From Thiotrichaceae bacterium UBA7357 (GTDB taxonomy: Bacteria; Pseudomonadota; Gammaproteobacteria; Eutrophobiales; Eutrophobiaceae): 64,000 nt of DNA. The notes beneath the pieces are model-generated. The model worked only from the letters and a program-made list of their open reading frames with translations, was not told where the DNA came from and did not search any database. The DNA is taken from the NCBI GenBank assembly GCA_002470825.1, contig DKOR01000014.1:7021-71020 (forward strand). The letters are read 5' to 3'. Both the position numbers and the translations under genes were made by a program. Positions within the stretch are counted from its first letter, which is position 1. Each line of letters begins with the position of its first letter. Shown here piece by piece: positions 32,912-42,625 of this stretch.

Positions 32912-33898
32912 TTAATCAATATCAACAAGCACCACTCCGTAAAAACCAGCTTGCTCGACCTTCTGATGTGCGGACGCAATATTTTCTAGACTCTCTCGAT
33001 GAGCAATTCGATGTTGTAACATTTTTCCATCTAGAAGATCGGTGATGTCTTCAATTGCATCATACTTTGCTATCTCAGGCATTGCATAGACTAAGACCAT
33101 GCGTATAGTTAAATCCTGAAATAACATTCTTCTAAAAGGTAATGTAGGTTCTGCCACTTGCATTGAGGCATAGGTTGCTATCGTTGCACTCGTAGCGGCG
33201 ACATCGAGTAATATAGGCAAATTACCACCAAACTCTCCATCGACAATACGTTCTACCCCATTACCTTCAGTTAACTCAGCTACGGTACTCAGTAAGTCTT
33301 CTCCTTGATGAGAACAAACAGCATCGGCACCTGCAGCATAACAATGCGCTTCTGCTGCAGGATTACCAGCAGTCGCTATGACTGTTGCACCGGCATATTT
33401 TGCCCATTGAATAGCATAATGACCGACTCTTCCCGCGCCACCCGTCACAAGAAGAGTTTGACCGTCGACTAATCCATCGGCAAAGACACAGCGATGCGCT
33501 GTCATTGCCGGTATACCCATGCAGGCACCCACCTCAAAATCAACACTGTCGGGTAGCCAAACTGCACGATTCGAATTGACTGTGACATATTCTGCAGCAG
33601 TACCAAAACGTCGACCATACTGAGCTTCATAGACCCATACTCGCTCACCAATTCTTGATGACGGAACACCACGTCCAACCTCTTCAATAATCCCAGCTCC
33701 ATCACTATGGGGAATAATAAACCCATCTTTTAGTAGATCAGGGAAAGCCCCGTTGCGTTTTTTTACATCTGAAGGATTTACCGCTGAACAATTCAGACGA
33801 ACGAGTACCTCTCCATGGATTGGCATAGGTTGGTCAAGCTCCATGATCTCCAACACTTTATCTGCTGGGCCCATGGTTTTGAATGCAGCTGCCTTCAT
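32912..33898 (-). CDS. NADPH:quinone reductase / zeta-crystallin-like MDR oxidoreductase
   Basis: AVNPSDVK, PHSDGAG, GIPAMTAHRC, VTGGAGRVG. Confidence 0.88.
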   Translation of the reverse strand: MKAAAFKTMGPADKVLEIMELDQPMPIHGEVLVRLNCSAVNPSDVKKRNGAFPDLLKDGFIIPHSDGAGIIEEVGRGVPSSRIGERVWVYEAQYGRRFGTAAEYVTVNSNRAVWLPDSVDFEVGACMGIPAMTAHRCVFADGLVDGQTLLVTGGAGRVGHYAIQWAKYAGATVIATAGNPAAEAHCYAAGADAVCSHQGEDLLSTVAELTEGNGVERIVDGEFGGNLPILLDVAATSATIATYASMQVAEPTLPFRRMLFQDLTIRMVLVYAMPEIAKYDAIEDITDLLDGKMLQHRIAHRESLENIASAHQKVEQAGFYGVVLVDID

Positions 33899-33935
33899 TG
33901 AATATCTCTCATTAATTTTATAATCCCGTTAACTT

Positions 33936-35201
33936 TTACTGAATTCGACGCAAAACAGATACACAATTTGTGACACCTGAGCCGCCAATATTAACTGTCA
34001 TTGCGAGTTCCGGCTGTCCTTTTACTGCCACTCCAATGGGTGTGCCCGTTAACTGTTTATACATAAGTGCATGCATTGATGCACCTGTTGCACCAACGGG
34101 GTGTCCTTTAGATTTAAGTCCTCCTGAAAGGTTTATTGGACACTCACTATCAGCATCATATTTCCCTTCCATAAAATCATGTCCCGCACGACCTTGCTCT
34201 GATAAACCCATTGCTTCTACACATAGCATTTGATTAATAGTAAAACAATCATGAACTTCAGCCATGTCAATATCTGTCACCTGCACTCCAGCCTCAGCAC
34301 AAGCTTGTTGCACACCATGTTTCGCTGCTTGAAGTTCATGCAGTGTCTCTTTACGTTCACTCATCATCATTCGTTGCGTCACATGTCCTATCCCTGAAAG
34401 TTCAACAGCGTGTTTAAAGTTTGCTTTGGCATTATCAGTTGATGTGAGTACGACAGCTGCTGCGCCATCCGAAATTAATGAACAATCATGCAGTCGTAAC
34501 GGCGGAGCAATCAATGGATTACTACCTTTACCTGAATCAGGTAAATCAAGAATTGCTTTTGCAGAGAGCAGTTGCTTTTTATCGGGTAAACTACCCGGCC
34601 CAAAGTGGGCCAAAGGATTTTGAATACCATTACGATAATTTTGCGCAGCGACATGGGCAAACATAGTACGCAGTTTTTCATCACTCAGACCATGCTTTGT
34701 TTGATATGCCTTAGCAAGTTCTCCAAACAATCCTGGAAAAGTAACGCCGATAGAACCTTCATCAGGCCAATATGAACTACACGCCAACGCATGCGTTACA
34801 CCTTTCGTATCAAGCAGACTCATCTTCTCCACACCAAGAGCGAGTACATTTTTAAATCGTCCACTAGCAACAGCATAGGCTGCGTTATAAATAGCTATCG
34901 AAGATGTTGCACAAGCCCCTTCTGTTCTTGTTGTTGGCTTATAAAGTAAACCCTTAGGGTCTATTTCTAGAGCCAGTGGGCCAACATGTTCCTGGTTGAC
35001 AAACAATGAAGGTGAACATGAGCCCAACCAAATAGCATCAATATCCTTTGCTTCTAGACCGGCATCGGCAATCGCACCGGCACCCGCTTCTACTATCAGT
35101 TCATAGAATGATTTTAAATCTTCTACTTTACCCGTCTCTCTATCACGCTTAACAAATGCACCAAACTGAGTGTTGTGTGCACCAACTATACTAATCTCCA
35201 T
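33936..35201 (-). CDS. Thiolase, SCP2/SCP-x-like type
   Basis: EGACATSS catalytic Cys, GVEKM, EVHDCFT, NLSGGLKSKGHPVGATG, NIGG. Confidence 0.88.
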   Translation of the reverse strand: MEISIVGAHNTQFGAFVKRDRETGKVEDLKSFYELIVEAGAGAIADAGLEAKDIDAIWLGSCSPSLFVNQEHVGPLALEIDPKGLLYKPTTRTEGACATSSIAIYNAAYAVASGRFKNVLALGVEKMSLLDTKGVTHALACSSYWPDEGSIGVTFPGLFGELAKAYQTKHGLSDEKLRTMFAHVAAQNYRNGIQNPLAHFGPGSLPDKKQLLSAKAILDLPDSGKGSNPLIAPPLRLHDCSLISDGAAAVVLTSTDNAKANFKHAVELSGIGHVTQRMMMSERKETLHELQAAKHGVQQACAEAGVQVTDIDMAEVHDCFTINQMLCVEAMGLSEQGRAGHDFMEGKYDADSECPINLSGGLKSKGHPVGATGASMHALMYKQLTGTPIGVAVKGQPELAMTVNIGGSGVTNCVSVLRRIQ

Positions 35202-35260
35202 TGAGCTACCCTCTCCACCTAGAACAGTGAATTAAAAATATGAAAAATAAAAATTTGAAT

Positions 35261-36826
35261 CTATATTTTACGACCAACTTTTTCCCAAAAATATTTACGG
35301 ACTTCTTTTTTTAATACTTTACCTACTGGGCTACGTGGTAGCTCATCCCAAATCAATATTTCTTTAGGTGACTTAACACTACCTAACTTCAGTTTACAAA
35401 GTGCAATAATTTCTTGTGTATCTAGTTTAACTTTTGGGTCTTTTAACTCAACTACAGCTGTGACTTGCTCACCCCATTTTTCATCCGGAATACCTATAAC
35501 ACAACAGTCTTTTATTGACGAGTGCCCCCAAATGAGTTGTTCAATCTCTCCTGGATAAACATTAAAACCACCCGATATAATCATGTCGCGTTTACGATCA
35601 ACTATCGTTAAATATCCTTCATTATCAAAGATGCCAACATCGCCCGTTTTCTGCCAACCATTTACACGTATTTCATTTGTTGCTTCTGAGTCATTAAAAT
35701 AACAACGCATTAATAAATCACCTTTAACAGCAATTTCACCCTCCTTCCCGAGAGGAAGAATTTTGTCATCATCATCCAAAATAACCACTTCAATTTGTGG
35801 TGCAATTTTACCACAGGACCGAATCTTGTAAAAATCATCCATTTCAACCGCATCCACGTGATCTTCAGCAGATAAAAAGGTACAAACCATTGGTGACTCT
35901 GCTTGCCCATAAGTTTGAACCATCACGGGACCGAAAACATCAATAGCCTCTTTAAGTTTTTCTACTGACATTGGTGCAGCGGCATACCAAAAGTAACGTA
36001 AACTTGTATAATCATAATTATTCACACCCTTGTGTGCTAACAACATATAAATCGCGGTCGGAGGCAAAAATAAGTGTGTAATTTTGTGTTTTTCGATGAT
36101 AGATAATATAACATCTGGAGTCATACCTTCCATCACTATGATGTTTGAACCTTGTAATATAAGCGCAAATGATGCTACCCCAGCTGCATGTGTAATTGGA
36201 GCGCTAACAAGATAAGAGGAAGCAATATCCGGTATAGGCATTAATTTATTCTGAATCGACACCATTGACTGCCACGTTAAATAACTCCACTCTGCTAATT
36301 TAGAATCACCCGTCGTTCCACCGGTCGGAAATAAGCTTATTAAATCAGGATCATTTCCCCTTATTAGTCTTTCTTCCGCTTGTTCAATGAATTCATTTTT
36401 AAAATTTTGGATGTCAATCCCTGCGATTTTCTTACCCGTAAATGATAAACAATTTTCATTGTTGTATTGAACAACAAGTTGATGATTAGCATCAAGAATA
36501 TCTAAGTCAACAAAAAGCAATCTTGCATTAGATTTTTTAAGCAATTTTAAATTTGCTTCAATGGTATTTCGAAGATTGAGTGGCAACCATATTGCACCTA
36601 TTTCAGAAATGGCAAAGATACAGCAATAAGTTGCAATAGAATTTGGTGCGTAGGTCGCAACAATATCTTGCTGTTTAACGCCCTTTTCTTTTAATTGCAT
36701 GGCAACATGCTGTGCAATATTAAACATTTCTCGATAACTTAGTGAGAAGTCGTTATTGATATCAATAAATTGCGCATCACCTTTACTAAAAGCCGGACTA
36801 TTTTCGAGAAAATCGATAATACGCAT
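35261..36826 (-). CDS. Acyl/aryl-CoA ligase, in the position of benzoylacetate-CoA ligase
   Basis: TGGTTGDSK, APITHAAG, YGQAE, TGDVG, DRKRDMIISGGFNVYP, LPRSPVGKVLK. Confidence 0.85.
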   Translation of the reverse strand: MRIIDFLENSPAFSKGDAQFIDINNDFSLSYREMFNIAQHVAMQLKEKGVKQQDIVATYAPNSIATYCCIFAISEIGAIWLPLNLRNTIEANLKLLKKSNARLLFVDLDILDANHQLVVQYNNENCLSFTGKKIAGIDIQNFKNEFIEQAEERLIRGNDPDLISLFPTGGTTGDSKLAEWSYLTWQSMVSIQNKLMPIPDIASSYLVSAPITHAAGVASFALILQGSNIIVMEGMTPDVILSIIEKHKITHLFLPPTAIYMLLAHKGVNNYDYTSLRYFWYAAAPMSVEKLKEAIDVFGPVMVQTYGQAESPMVCTFLSAEDHVDAVEMDDFYKIRSCGKIAPQIEVVILDDDDKILPLGKEGEIAVKGDLLMRCYFNDSEATNEIRVNGWQKTGDVGIFDNEGYLTIVDRKRDMIISGGFNVYPGEIEQLIWGHSSIKDCCVIGIPDEKWGEQVTAVVELKDPKVKLDTQEIIALCKLKLGSVKSPKEILIWDELPRSPVGKVLKKEVRKYFWEKVGRKI

Positions 36827-36856
36827 TTTGACTCTCGAAAAAGGTTGCTTTAGGTA

Positions 36857-37714
36857 CTAGGCTCTTAAGTTTGAAAGTGTATCAAGAACTAACTCAGGTG
36901 TTGTTTCTTCTGGAATCGTTAGATAATTAAAGCCATTCCCTACTGGGGGAACAGTACTCATCGATTTCCACAATGCTTTAGAAATGTCTTTGCCACATGA
37001 ACTATCAGACACTGAACAAGTAGACGGTACAATAGAAAAATTAACATCCTCCGGAACATTAAAACTAGTATCTGAAAATGGCAAATGTATACCAACTGAC
37101 CAACGATAATGTTTTGCAACATTATAAATAGGTTGATACCAAGATAACTCTTTTGCACTTTCGGGCATTGATTCCGGAACTTCTCGCAATAAAATACCTG
37201 AGAGATTTACTTCACTAAAGTATCTTAGATAGTCAGCAACATACATTGATGCCGTATCGATGTGTGCCTCTTCCGGCGCTACATCAACAGTATTAGCTGC
37301 TTTATTAGCCTTGATGAGCAAAGAACGTGGTGAGGGCATCACTAATACGATGGGCACTGAATCACCGTAATTATTACTTATTGCCGTCAATACTTCTGCT
37401 AGTAATTCACGTGGTCCATATGCTTCTAACATTGCTTTAGCAGCAACTGTAATACGTTTCTTACCTGCCATCGATGGAATCGCTTCTTCATCTTCTAACA
37501 TCCAATGATGAAAAAGATCCCATATATCTATGACGACTACATCTGCGTTTACTAAGCCATGCGCTTGTCCATAAAAAGACATATAAGATGCCGGGTTTGC
37601 CCATGGATTCTCTCCCTCAGCCAATAACAATTTCTTGGTATAGGCGTTGAAATCAATCCAGAGTTTTGGAGTTCCCTCTCCAGCAGATAAATAGTTAACT
37701 AAATCTATCGCCAT
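36857..37714 (-). CDS. Hypothetical protein, positional and size equivalent of the Apc epsilon subunit (Apc5)
   Basis: 285 aa, starts 2 nt after the hydantoinase-B gene, fifth gene of an Apc-like order; no motif recognised. Confidence 0.6.
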   Translation of the reverse strand: MAIDLVNYLSAGEGTPKLWIDFNAYTKKLLLAEGENPWANPASYMSFYGQAHGLVNADVVVIDIWDLFHHWMLEDEEAIPSMAGKKRITVAAKAMLEAYGPRELLAEVLTAISNNYGDSVPIVLVMPSPRSLLIKANKAANTVDVAPEEAHIDTASMYVADYLRYFSEVNLSGILLREVPESMPESAKELSWYQPIYNVAKHYRWSVGIHLPFSDTSFNVPEDVNFSIVPSTCSVSDSSCGKDISKALWKSMSTVPPVGNGFNYLTIPEETTPELVLDTLSNLRA

Positions 37715-37716
37715 AC

Positions 37717-39996
37717 TTAGGTACGTTTATCCTTAGCTTCTATACCAGAAGCTTTTCTAACCTCTTCAAGCTCTTCTTCGAGCTTTCTAATTTCCACATC
37801 TTTAGGATGTTCAAAGTAAACCGCACCAGGGTTATTAGGATCACGTTTGTCATCATTGCTGCCTGCATAGACAAAGCTCAAATCACTATTCCATGAACCA
37901 TAGAAAGGAATGTCTTTTGGAGGCACATCCTTGACATGCTTCTTAATAAATTCAGCATAGGGTACGCCCTGTTTCTTACGCTGTTCTCTATAAGCATCAC
38001 GCAACTTTTTGGTTGCTGCTTCATCAACGATTAAAGTTTCGTCATCAAACTCGACCTTATAAAGTTTCCTCACCCAATCACGTGTTGTTAAATTTTCTTC
38101 TATATCTTTAATAGCTAAAGCCGGATCGCGTTCCAGTGGGTCGCCGTAACCACCGCCAGAACCTTGAGAGATCATGTACAACTCACCACGTTTAGAGATA
38201 GAGAAGCCCATACCCATATGATGCGACGTATAGTTTGCATCTTCATAGGGCCGTTCATTCATGGTTTCTTCTATTGAATGTTTAAATTTTTCTGGGTTTT
38301 TAAGCATCTCTTCATAAACATCGACACCTGTTACTTTACATAATGGGTATGCGCCCGGAGCATAGCCACCAAACAAACCTGACAAAGGCGGTACTTTTGA
38401 TCCAACACAGGTGGTCATGAAACCCCACTGATCACTATCTTTGGTTGCAACCATTTGTGTATAACCCATACCACCACGATATTTACCAGGTGCTTGTGTA
38501 TTCCTAGTCATTTTTTTCGATACTAACTGCAAGAAAGGTACATCTTCTTCGTTCATCTCTTGCTCACCGATATCTGCCATGGATGCAAAAATTGGTGCTA
38601 AAGCATGTTCTCCATCCAAGTCCATACGAGCACCACCGCCCATACCATTTAAATCCGCACAAAGGTTACCAAGCATTTCACCATGTTGACTAACGCCACC
38701 CCAAATGTATGTACAGATCATGTTAAACCACGGTGCTACAACACGTGTATATTTAACCGGTACGCTATACAGAAATTTCGCAGCCGCTTGTTGGGCGATA
38801 GTGAATGAAAGAAAGATCGACATCAAACTCTGGGAGTTTGGCGCATTCACGCTACCATCAACAATAGAACAAGGTGGCGTTACCACTTCAATTGGGGCAA
38901 AACCCGCCTGACCACGTGGTAAATCTGGCCAGATATGATTCAAGAACGCTTGAGACATCATGCCTTTACAACCAGGTAATGCGGTATTTATAGCGCGGTT
39001 AGTGATCTCTGGGCTAGATCCTCTTAGGTCGAATATCAAACGATCACCTTTTTTGGTGAGGATACAATTTAATTTTATCAATGCATTTTCGCGTAAGGTA
39101 CTATCCATTGTACAGTAGGTACGGACCGTCATATCTGGCCATTCTTTAATACGGCGTCGTACTTCAGCCATGACGTTATCATTGGTACTACGTAGACATG
39201 CTGTTAACGCTTGAGGTCCGTCTATTGCCAATACTTCCCTAATGCGTTTTTCAAGACGCATACAAGCAAAAAGTTTTACCTTCATGTCTTCATACTGCAG
39301 CTTTGGCTCACGAACCGAGTTTTGCAAAAATGTCAGAAGATCCTTTTTCAGTTCATAGTTCTCGACAACTCTGAAAGGCGACATCTTCAAACCTTCATCA
39401 AATGGGCTTTCAGCCATTGATGGCATTCCACCTGGCTCGATAGCGCCGTTCTCACCTTCATGCACTGTAGAAGCGACCCAGCAAACCAGTTCACCTTCAT
39501 GGAAGATTGGCATGATCATACTTTGGTCAGTGTTATGTACATTCCCATAACGTGAGTCATTGTGAATAAAACCATCACCTTGTCTCAAACCAACTGTTGG
39601 TTCATTAATCCAGTTTTTAATAATAAATTTTATTGGATGATGCACCAGTACAGAGAAGATAAGTACGCCACCAGCACTACCAATGGTCAAATCACCCGAG
39701 GCAGAGTAGATACCGGTAATGACGTCACCCCATTTTGCACCTGGAGCCGCACCCATTTGTTCAAGCATTTCATAACTTTCGTCGCAAGCCGATTGCATAC
39801 GGTCACGTATCGAAGCCATTTGGTGTGGGTCAGTAAACTTCTTTACACTTTCGGCTTCATAATCTGTAATCGGCATGATGTCATGCGATTTCATTATTTC
39901 CGGATCAGGTCCGAGGAATAAAGTCGTTTCTTTAAGGAATTTTGCAACTAATTCTTTATCTTCAAGAACAGCTTCTGCGCTAAGTTTATCGTTCAT
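37717..39996 (-). CDS. Hydantoinase B / acetone-acetophenone carboxylase catalytic subunit
   Basis: HNDSRYGNVHNTD and STVHEGE metal-ligand pattern, PGGMP, PGKYRGGMG, SGGGYGDPLERDP. Confidence 0.88.
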   Translation of the reverse strand: MNDKLSAEAVLEDKELVAKFLKETTLFLGPDPEIMKSHDIMPITDYEAESVKKFTDPHQMASIRDRMQSACDESYEMLEQMGAAPGAKWGDVITGIYSASGDLTIGSAGGVLIFSVLVHHPIKFIIKNWINEPTVGLRQGDGFIHNDSRYGNVHNTDQSMIMPIFHEGELVCWVASTVHEGENGAIEPGGMPSMAESPFDEGLKMSPFRVVENYELKKDLLTFLQNSVREPKLQYEDMKVKLFACMRLEKRIREVLAIDGPQALTACLRSTNDNVMAEVRRRIKEWPDMTVRTYCTMDSTLRENALIKLNCILTKKGDRLIFDLRGSSPEITNRAINTALPGCKGMMSQAFLNHIWPDLPRGQAGFAPIEVVTPPCSIVDGSVNAPNSQSLMSIFLSFTIAQQAAAKFLYSVPVKYTRVVAPWFNMICTYIWGGVSQHGEMLGNLCADLNGMGGGARMDLDGEHALAPIFASMADIGEQEMNEEDVPFLQLVSKKMTRNTQAPGKYRGGMGYTQMVATKDSDQWGFMTTCVGSKVPPLSGLFGGYAPGAYPLCKVTGVDVYEEMLKNPEKFKHSIEETMNERPYEDANYTSHHMGMGFSISKRGELYMISQGSGGGYGDPLERDPALAIKDIEENLTTRDWVRKLYKVEFDDETLIVDEAATKKLRDAYREQRKKQGVPYAEFIKKHVKDVPPKDIPFYGSWNSDLSFVYAGSNDDKRDPNNPGAVYFEHPKDVEIRKLEEELEEVRKASGIEAKDKRT

Positions 39997-40010
39997 AATA
40001 TATTACCCCG

Positions 40011-42158
40011 TTATTTCTTTGCTTCGTCGCGAAGGAACCAAACGGCACCTTGCTCAGCAGATACATAATTCCAACCCTTTTCGATAAGGTAGGTCGTTAC
40101 ATCAGATGCCACAATACCCGGCCCCTCTATTTGAGTACCCGCGGAAATATCATCTTTATTCCAGACCGGCGTATCGATCGCTTTACTTTCACCGACAAAA
40201 TGACACTTACGTGTTGATGATGGTTTCGGTGGCGCTTGTCGTTTATCTTCAGCAACTGGCTTAATATGCTTAAAGTGAACCGTATCATGCTCTACATAAG
40301 AAGCGACGCGAATTGTATTGATACGAATGCCGGCCTCTGGTGCCTGACTACCTTCACCAAAACGCTTACCGTAATCTGTAGAAAAGAGATCGACTATTTT
40401 CAATACATCCAGTGCTGACTCAACGGAATGTTTTGGTATAACAACGGTTGTTTGTACAAGTTGGTTACCGTAGCGCATATCAAGCTCAAGTGAATGTAGA
40501 ATATCGCCTTCATTTGCACCCTGTCTTGATAAATCAGCTCTACCTCTTTCACTTAGCTCAGCGACAATGTCATTAAATCGCGGATAGTTATCAAATACTT
40601 TTCTGCTATTAGAATCGTAAAGCACCATAAACAATGATGATTCATGGATATGCATCTGGTGCATATTACCCGCACCCACCGCAGAAAATACGGAACTCAT
40701 TGGTGTCGCTAATATTTTATTGATGTTCAAACGACTCGCGATACCACAGCAATGCAAAGGTCCATTTCCGCCATACGCCAGCATGGTAAAATCTTCAGGG
40801 TCATAGCCTCTGGCACGTAACTCAGTGTTCACACCATTCGCCATATTGGCATCGACTTTTTCTTTAATCATCATAGCAGCTTCCACCACTTCGATATCAA
40901 GATCATCACAAAGAGTCTCTTCTATGGCAAAGTTAGAACGCTTAGGGTTTAACGGAATATCGCCACCTGCGTAATTTTCAGCATCGAGATAACCCAAGAC
41001 CAAATCGGCATCGGTTACCGTTGGGCTCATGCCGCCACGGTCATAACAGGCTGGCCCTGGATCAGAACCTGCGCTCTTTGGTCCCACAGCAACAGTGTTG
41101 TACATGCGATCATATGAGGCGATTGAACCACCACCTGCACCCAATGTTACCAAGTGAACCATCGGTACAGACACCATCCAACGATCAATTACCGGGTTGA
41201 AATCATAATGTTTGATGCCACCCTCAACGACGATACCAATATCGTAGCTGGTACCACCCATATCGGTAGCAACAACACTACCCAGATCGGCTTCTTTCGC
41301 TAAATGTTCTGAGGCACTGATTCCTGAAACGGGTCCAGAATGAATTGTTTGCAATGCATCAGTTGAGTTTAACTGTGCCATACCACCTGAGTTATGAATC
41401 ACCAACATCGGCTTCTCATAAGCATGTGCGCGCAGGTTTTGCTCCAACTGCGTCATCGCATGATACATAGTCGAATGTAAATAACCGTCGACAATCGCTG
41501 AAGAGGCTCGAACATATTCACCTTTACGCCCCGCAACACGATGAGAAAGAATTACAGGAATAGCGCCTAATAGATGAGAAGGATATTCTTCAAGAATTAT
41601 CTCCTCTACACGCTTCTCATTCATTGGATTTACCACTGAATTCACGAAACAGATGACGATCACTTGAGCACCTTTATCGAATAAGGTTCTGATCTTGTGT
41701 CTAACGTCATCTTCATCAAGCGGCATAACAACCTTGCCCTCAAAATCTAAACGTTCACGAACTCCTTCTATCATATTAGGTAATACCAATGGTTCTGGTC
41801 GTCTAGCATCAGGTAAATTTGCCATACCTAACTTATCCAAACCTTCACCATAACCACGTGCTCGACTGAGTGGTACCGTTGCTTCAAAGCCTGCAGTGAC
41901 TAACATACCCATACGCGGACCATTGTGCTCAATCAAGGCATTCGTGCCTAAGGTCGTTGCGTAGCGAACCGAGTCGACTTCAGACAATATATCTTCCATG
42001 GTGATATTCAGTTCTTGGTATGCCTTTTCAACTGCTTCGTTGAAACCCAAGGCTAAATTCTGGTGTGTTGTTAATGCTTTGGTTTCAATATATTTATTAT
42101 CCCAAACCAAAAAACAATCGGTAAATGTGCCGCCGATATCTACTGATATTCGTTTCAT
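40011..42158 (-). CDS. Hydantoinase A / Apc-like ATP-binding subunit
   Basis: VDIGGTFTD, TTLGTNAL, SGPVSG, DMGGTSYD, GAGGGS, SAGSDPGPACY, PTVTDAD, YGGNGPLH. Confidence 0.9.
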   Translation of the reverse strand: MKRISVDIGGTFTDCFLVWDNKYIETKALTTHQNLALGFNEAVEKAYQELNITMEDILSEVDSVRYATTLGTNALIEHNGPRMGMLVTAGFEATVPLSRARGYGEGLDKLGMANLPDARRPEPLVLPNMIEGVRERLDFEGKVVMPLDEDDVRHKIRTLFDKGAQVIVICFVNSVVNPMNEKRVEEIILEEYPSHLLGAIPVILSHRVAGRKGEYVRASSAIVDGYLHSTMYHAMTQLEQNLRAHAYEKPMLVIHNSGGMAQLNSTDALQTIHSGPVSGISASEHLAKEADLGSVVATDMGGTSYDIGIVVEGGIKHYDFNPVIDRWMVSVPMVHLVTLGAGGGSIASYDRMYNTVAVGPKSAGSDPGPACYDRGGMSPTVTDADLVLGYLDAENYAGGDIPLNPKRSNFAIEETLCDDLDIEVVEAAMMIKEKVDANMANGVNTELRARGYDPEDFTMLAYGGNGPLHCCGIASRLNINKILATPMSSVFSAVGAGNMHQMHIHESSLFMVLYDSNSRKVFDNYPRFNDIVAELSERGRADLSRQGANEGDILHSLELDMRYGNQLVQTTVVIPKHSVESALDVLKIVDLFSTDYGKRFGEGSQAPEAGIRINTIRVASYVEHDTVHFKHIKPVAEDKRQAPPKPSSTRKCHFVGESKAIDTPVWNKDDISAGTQIEGPGIVASDVTTYLIEKGWNYVSAEQGAVWFLRDEAKK

Positions 42159-42217
42159 AATCTACTTTCCTATAACTTTTTAGTAGTTTGATTTATTGTT
42201 TTAGTAAACTTTATTAA

Positions 42218-42625
42218 TTAGTGGCGATGTCTATGGCGCTCAACCTCACCTAAAACATCAGGCCCTTTCGTCGCCTCTGTGATCTCTTCTCGGTGACTCC
42301 ACTGTTCTTTAAGTGCATCAACATCCACTTCCATATCATAGAGCGGTTCATGATTCGGCAAAGTGTTTTCAACTTCAATCTGCGTACCACAACTTGGGCA
42401 ATAATATTCAAGAATATTGACCCAGTCTTTATCAGGACAAAATGTAAACTTATATTTTTCGGGGTCGATAACGTGTGGATGAATATCTGCTGGGTCGCGG
42501 TTATAAACCAGCAACCCTTCTTTGTAATTTCCACGTGCCGAATTGATTACATGATCACAAACACGACATTCCCAATTCTCTGTATCTAAATCGATACGAA
42601 GATATTCAGTCATTAATACTTTCAT
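42218..42625 (-). CDS. Acetone-carboxylase gamma-like small Zn-binding subunit
   Basis: TEYLRIDL, CRVC...NYKEG...EYYCPSCG. Confidence 0.88.
   Translation of the reverse strand: MKVLMTEYLRIDLDTENWECRVCDHVINSARGNYKEGLLVYNRDPADIHPHVIDPEKYKFTFCPDKDWVNILEYYCPSCGTQIEVENTLPNHEPLYDMEVDVDALKEQWSHREEITEATKGPDVLGEVERHRHRH

Noticed and set aside
32912-33898. AcuI acrylyl-CoA reductase implying DMSP catabolism with prpE
   Set aside because: Motifs are those of the quinone-reductase MDR group, not YhdH/AcuI; no ddd or dmd genes in the window
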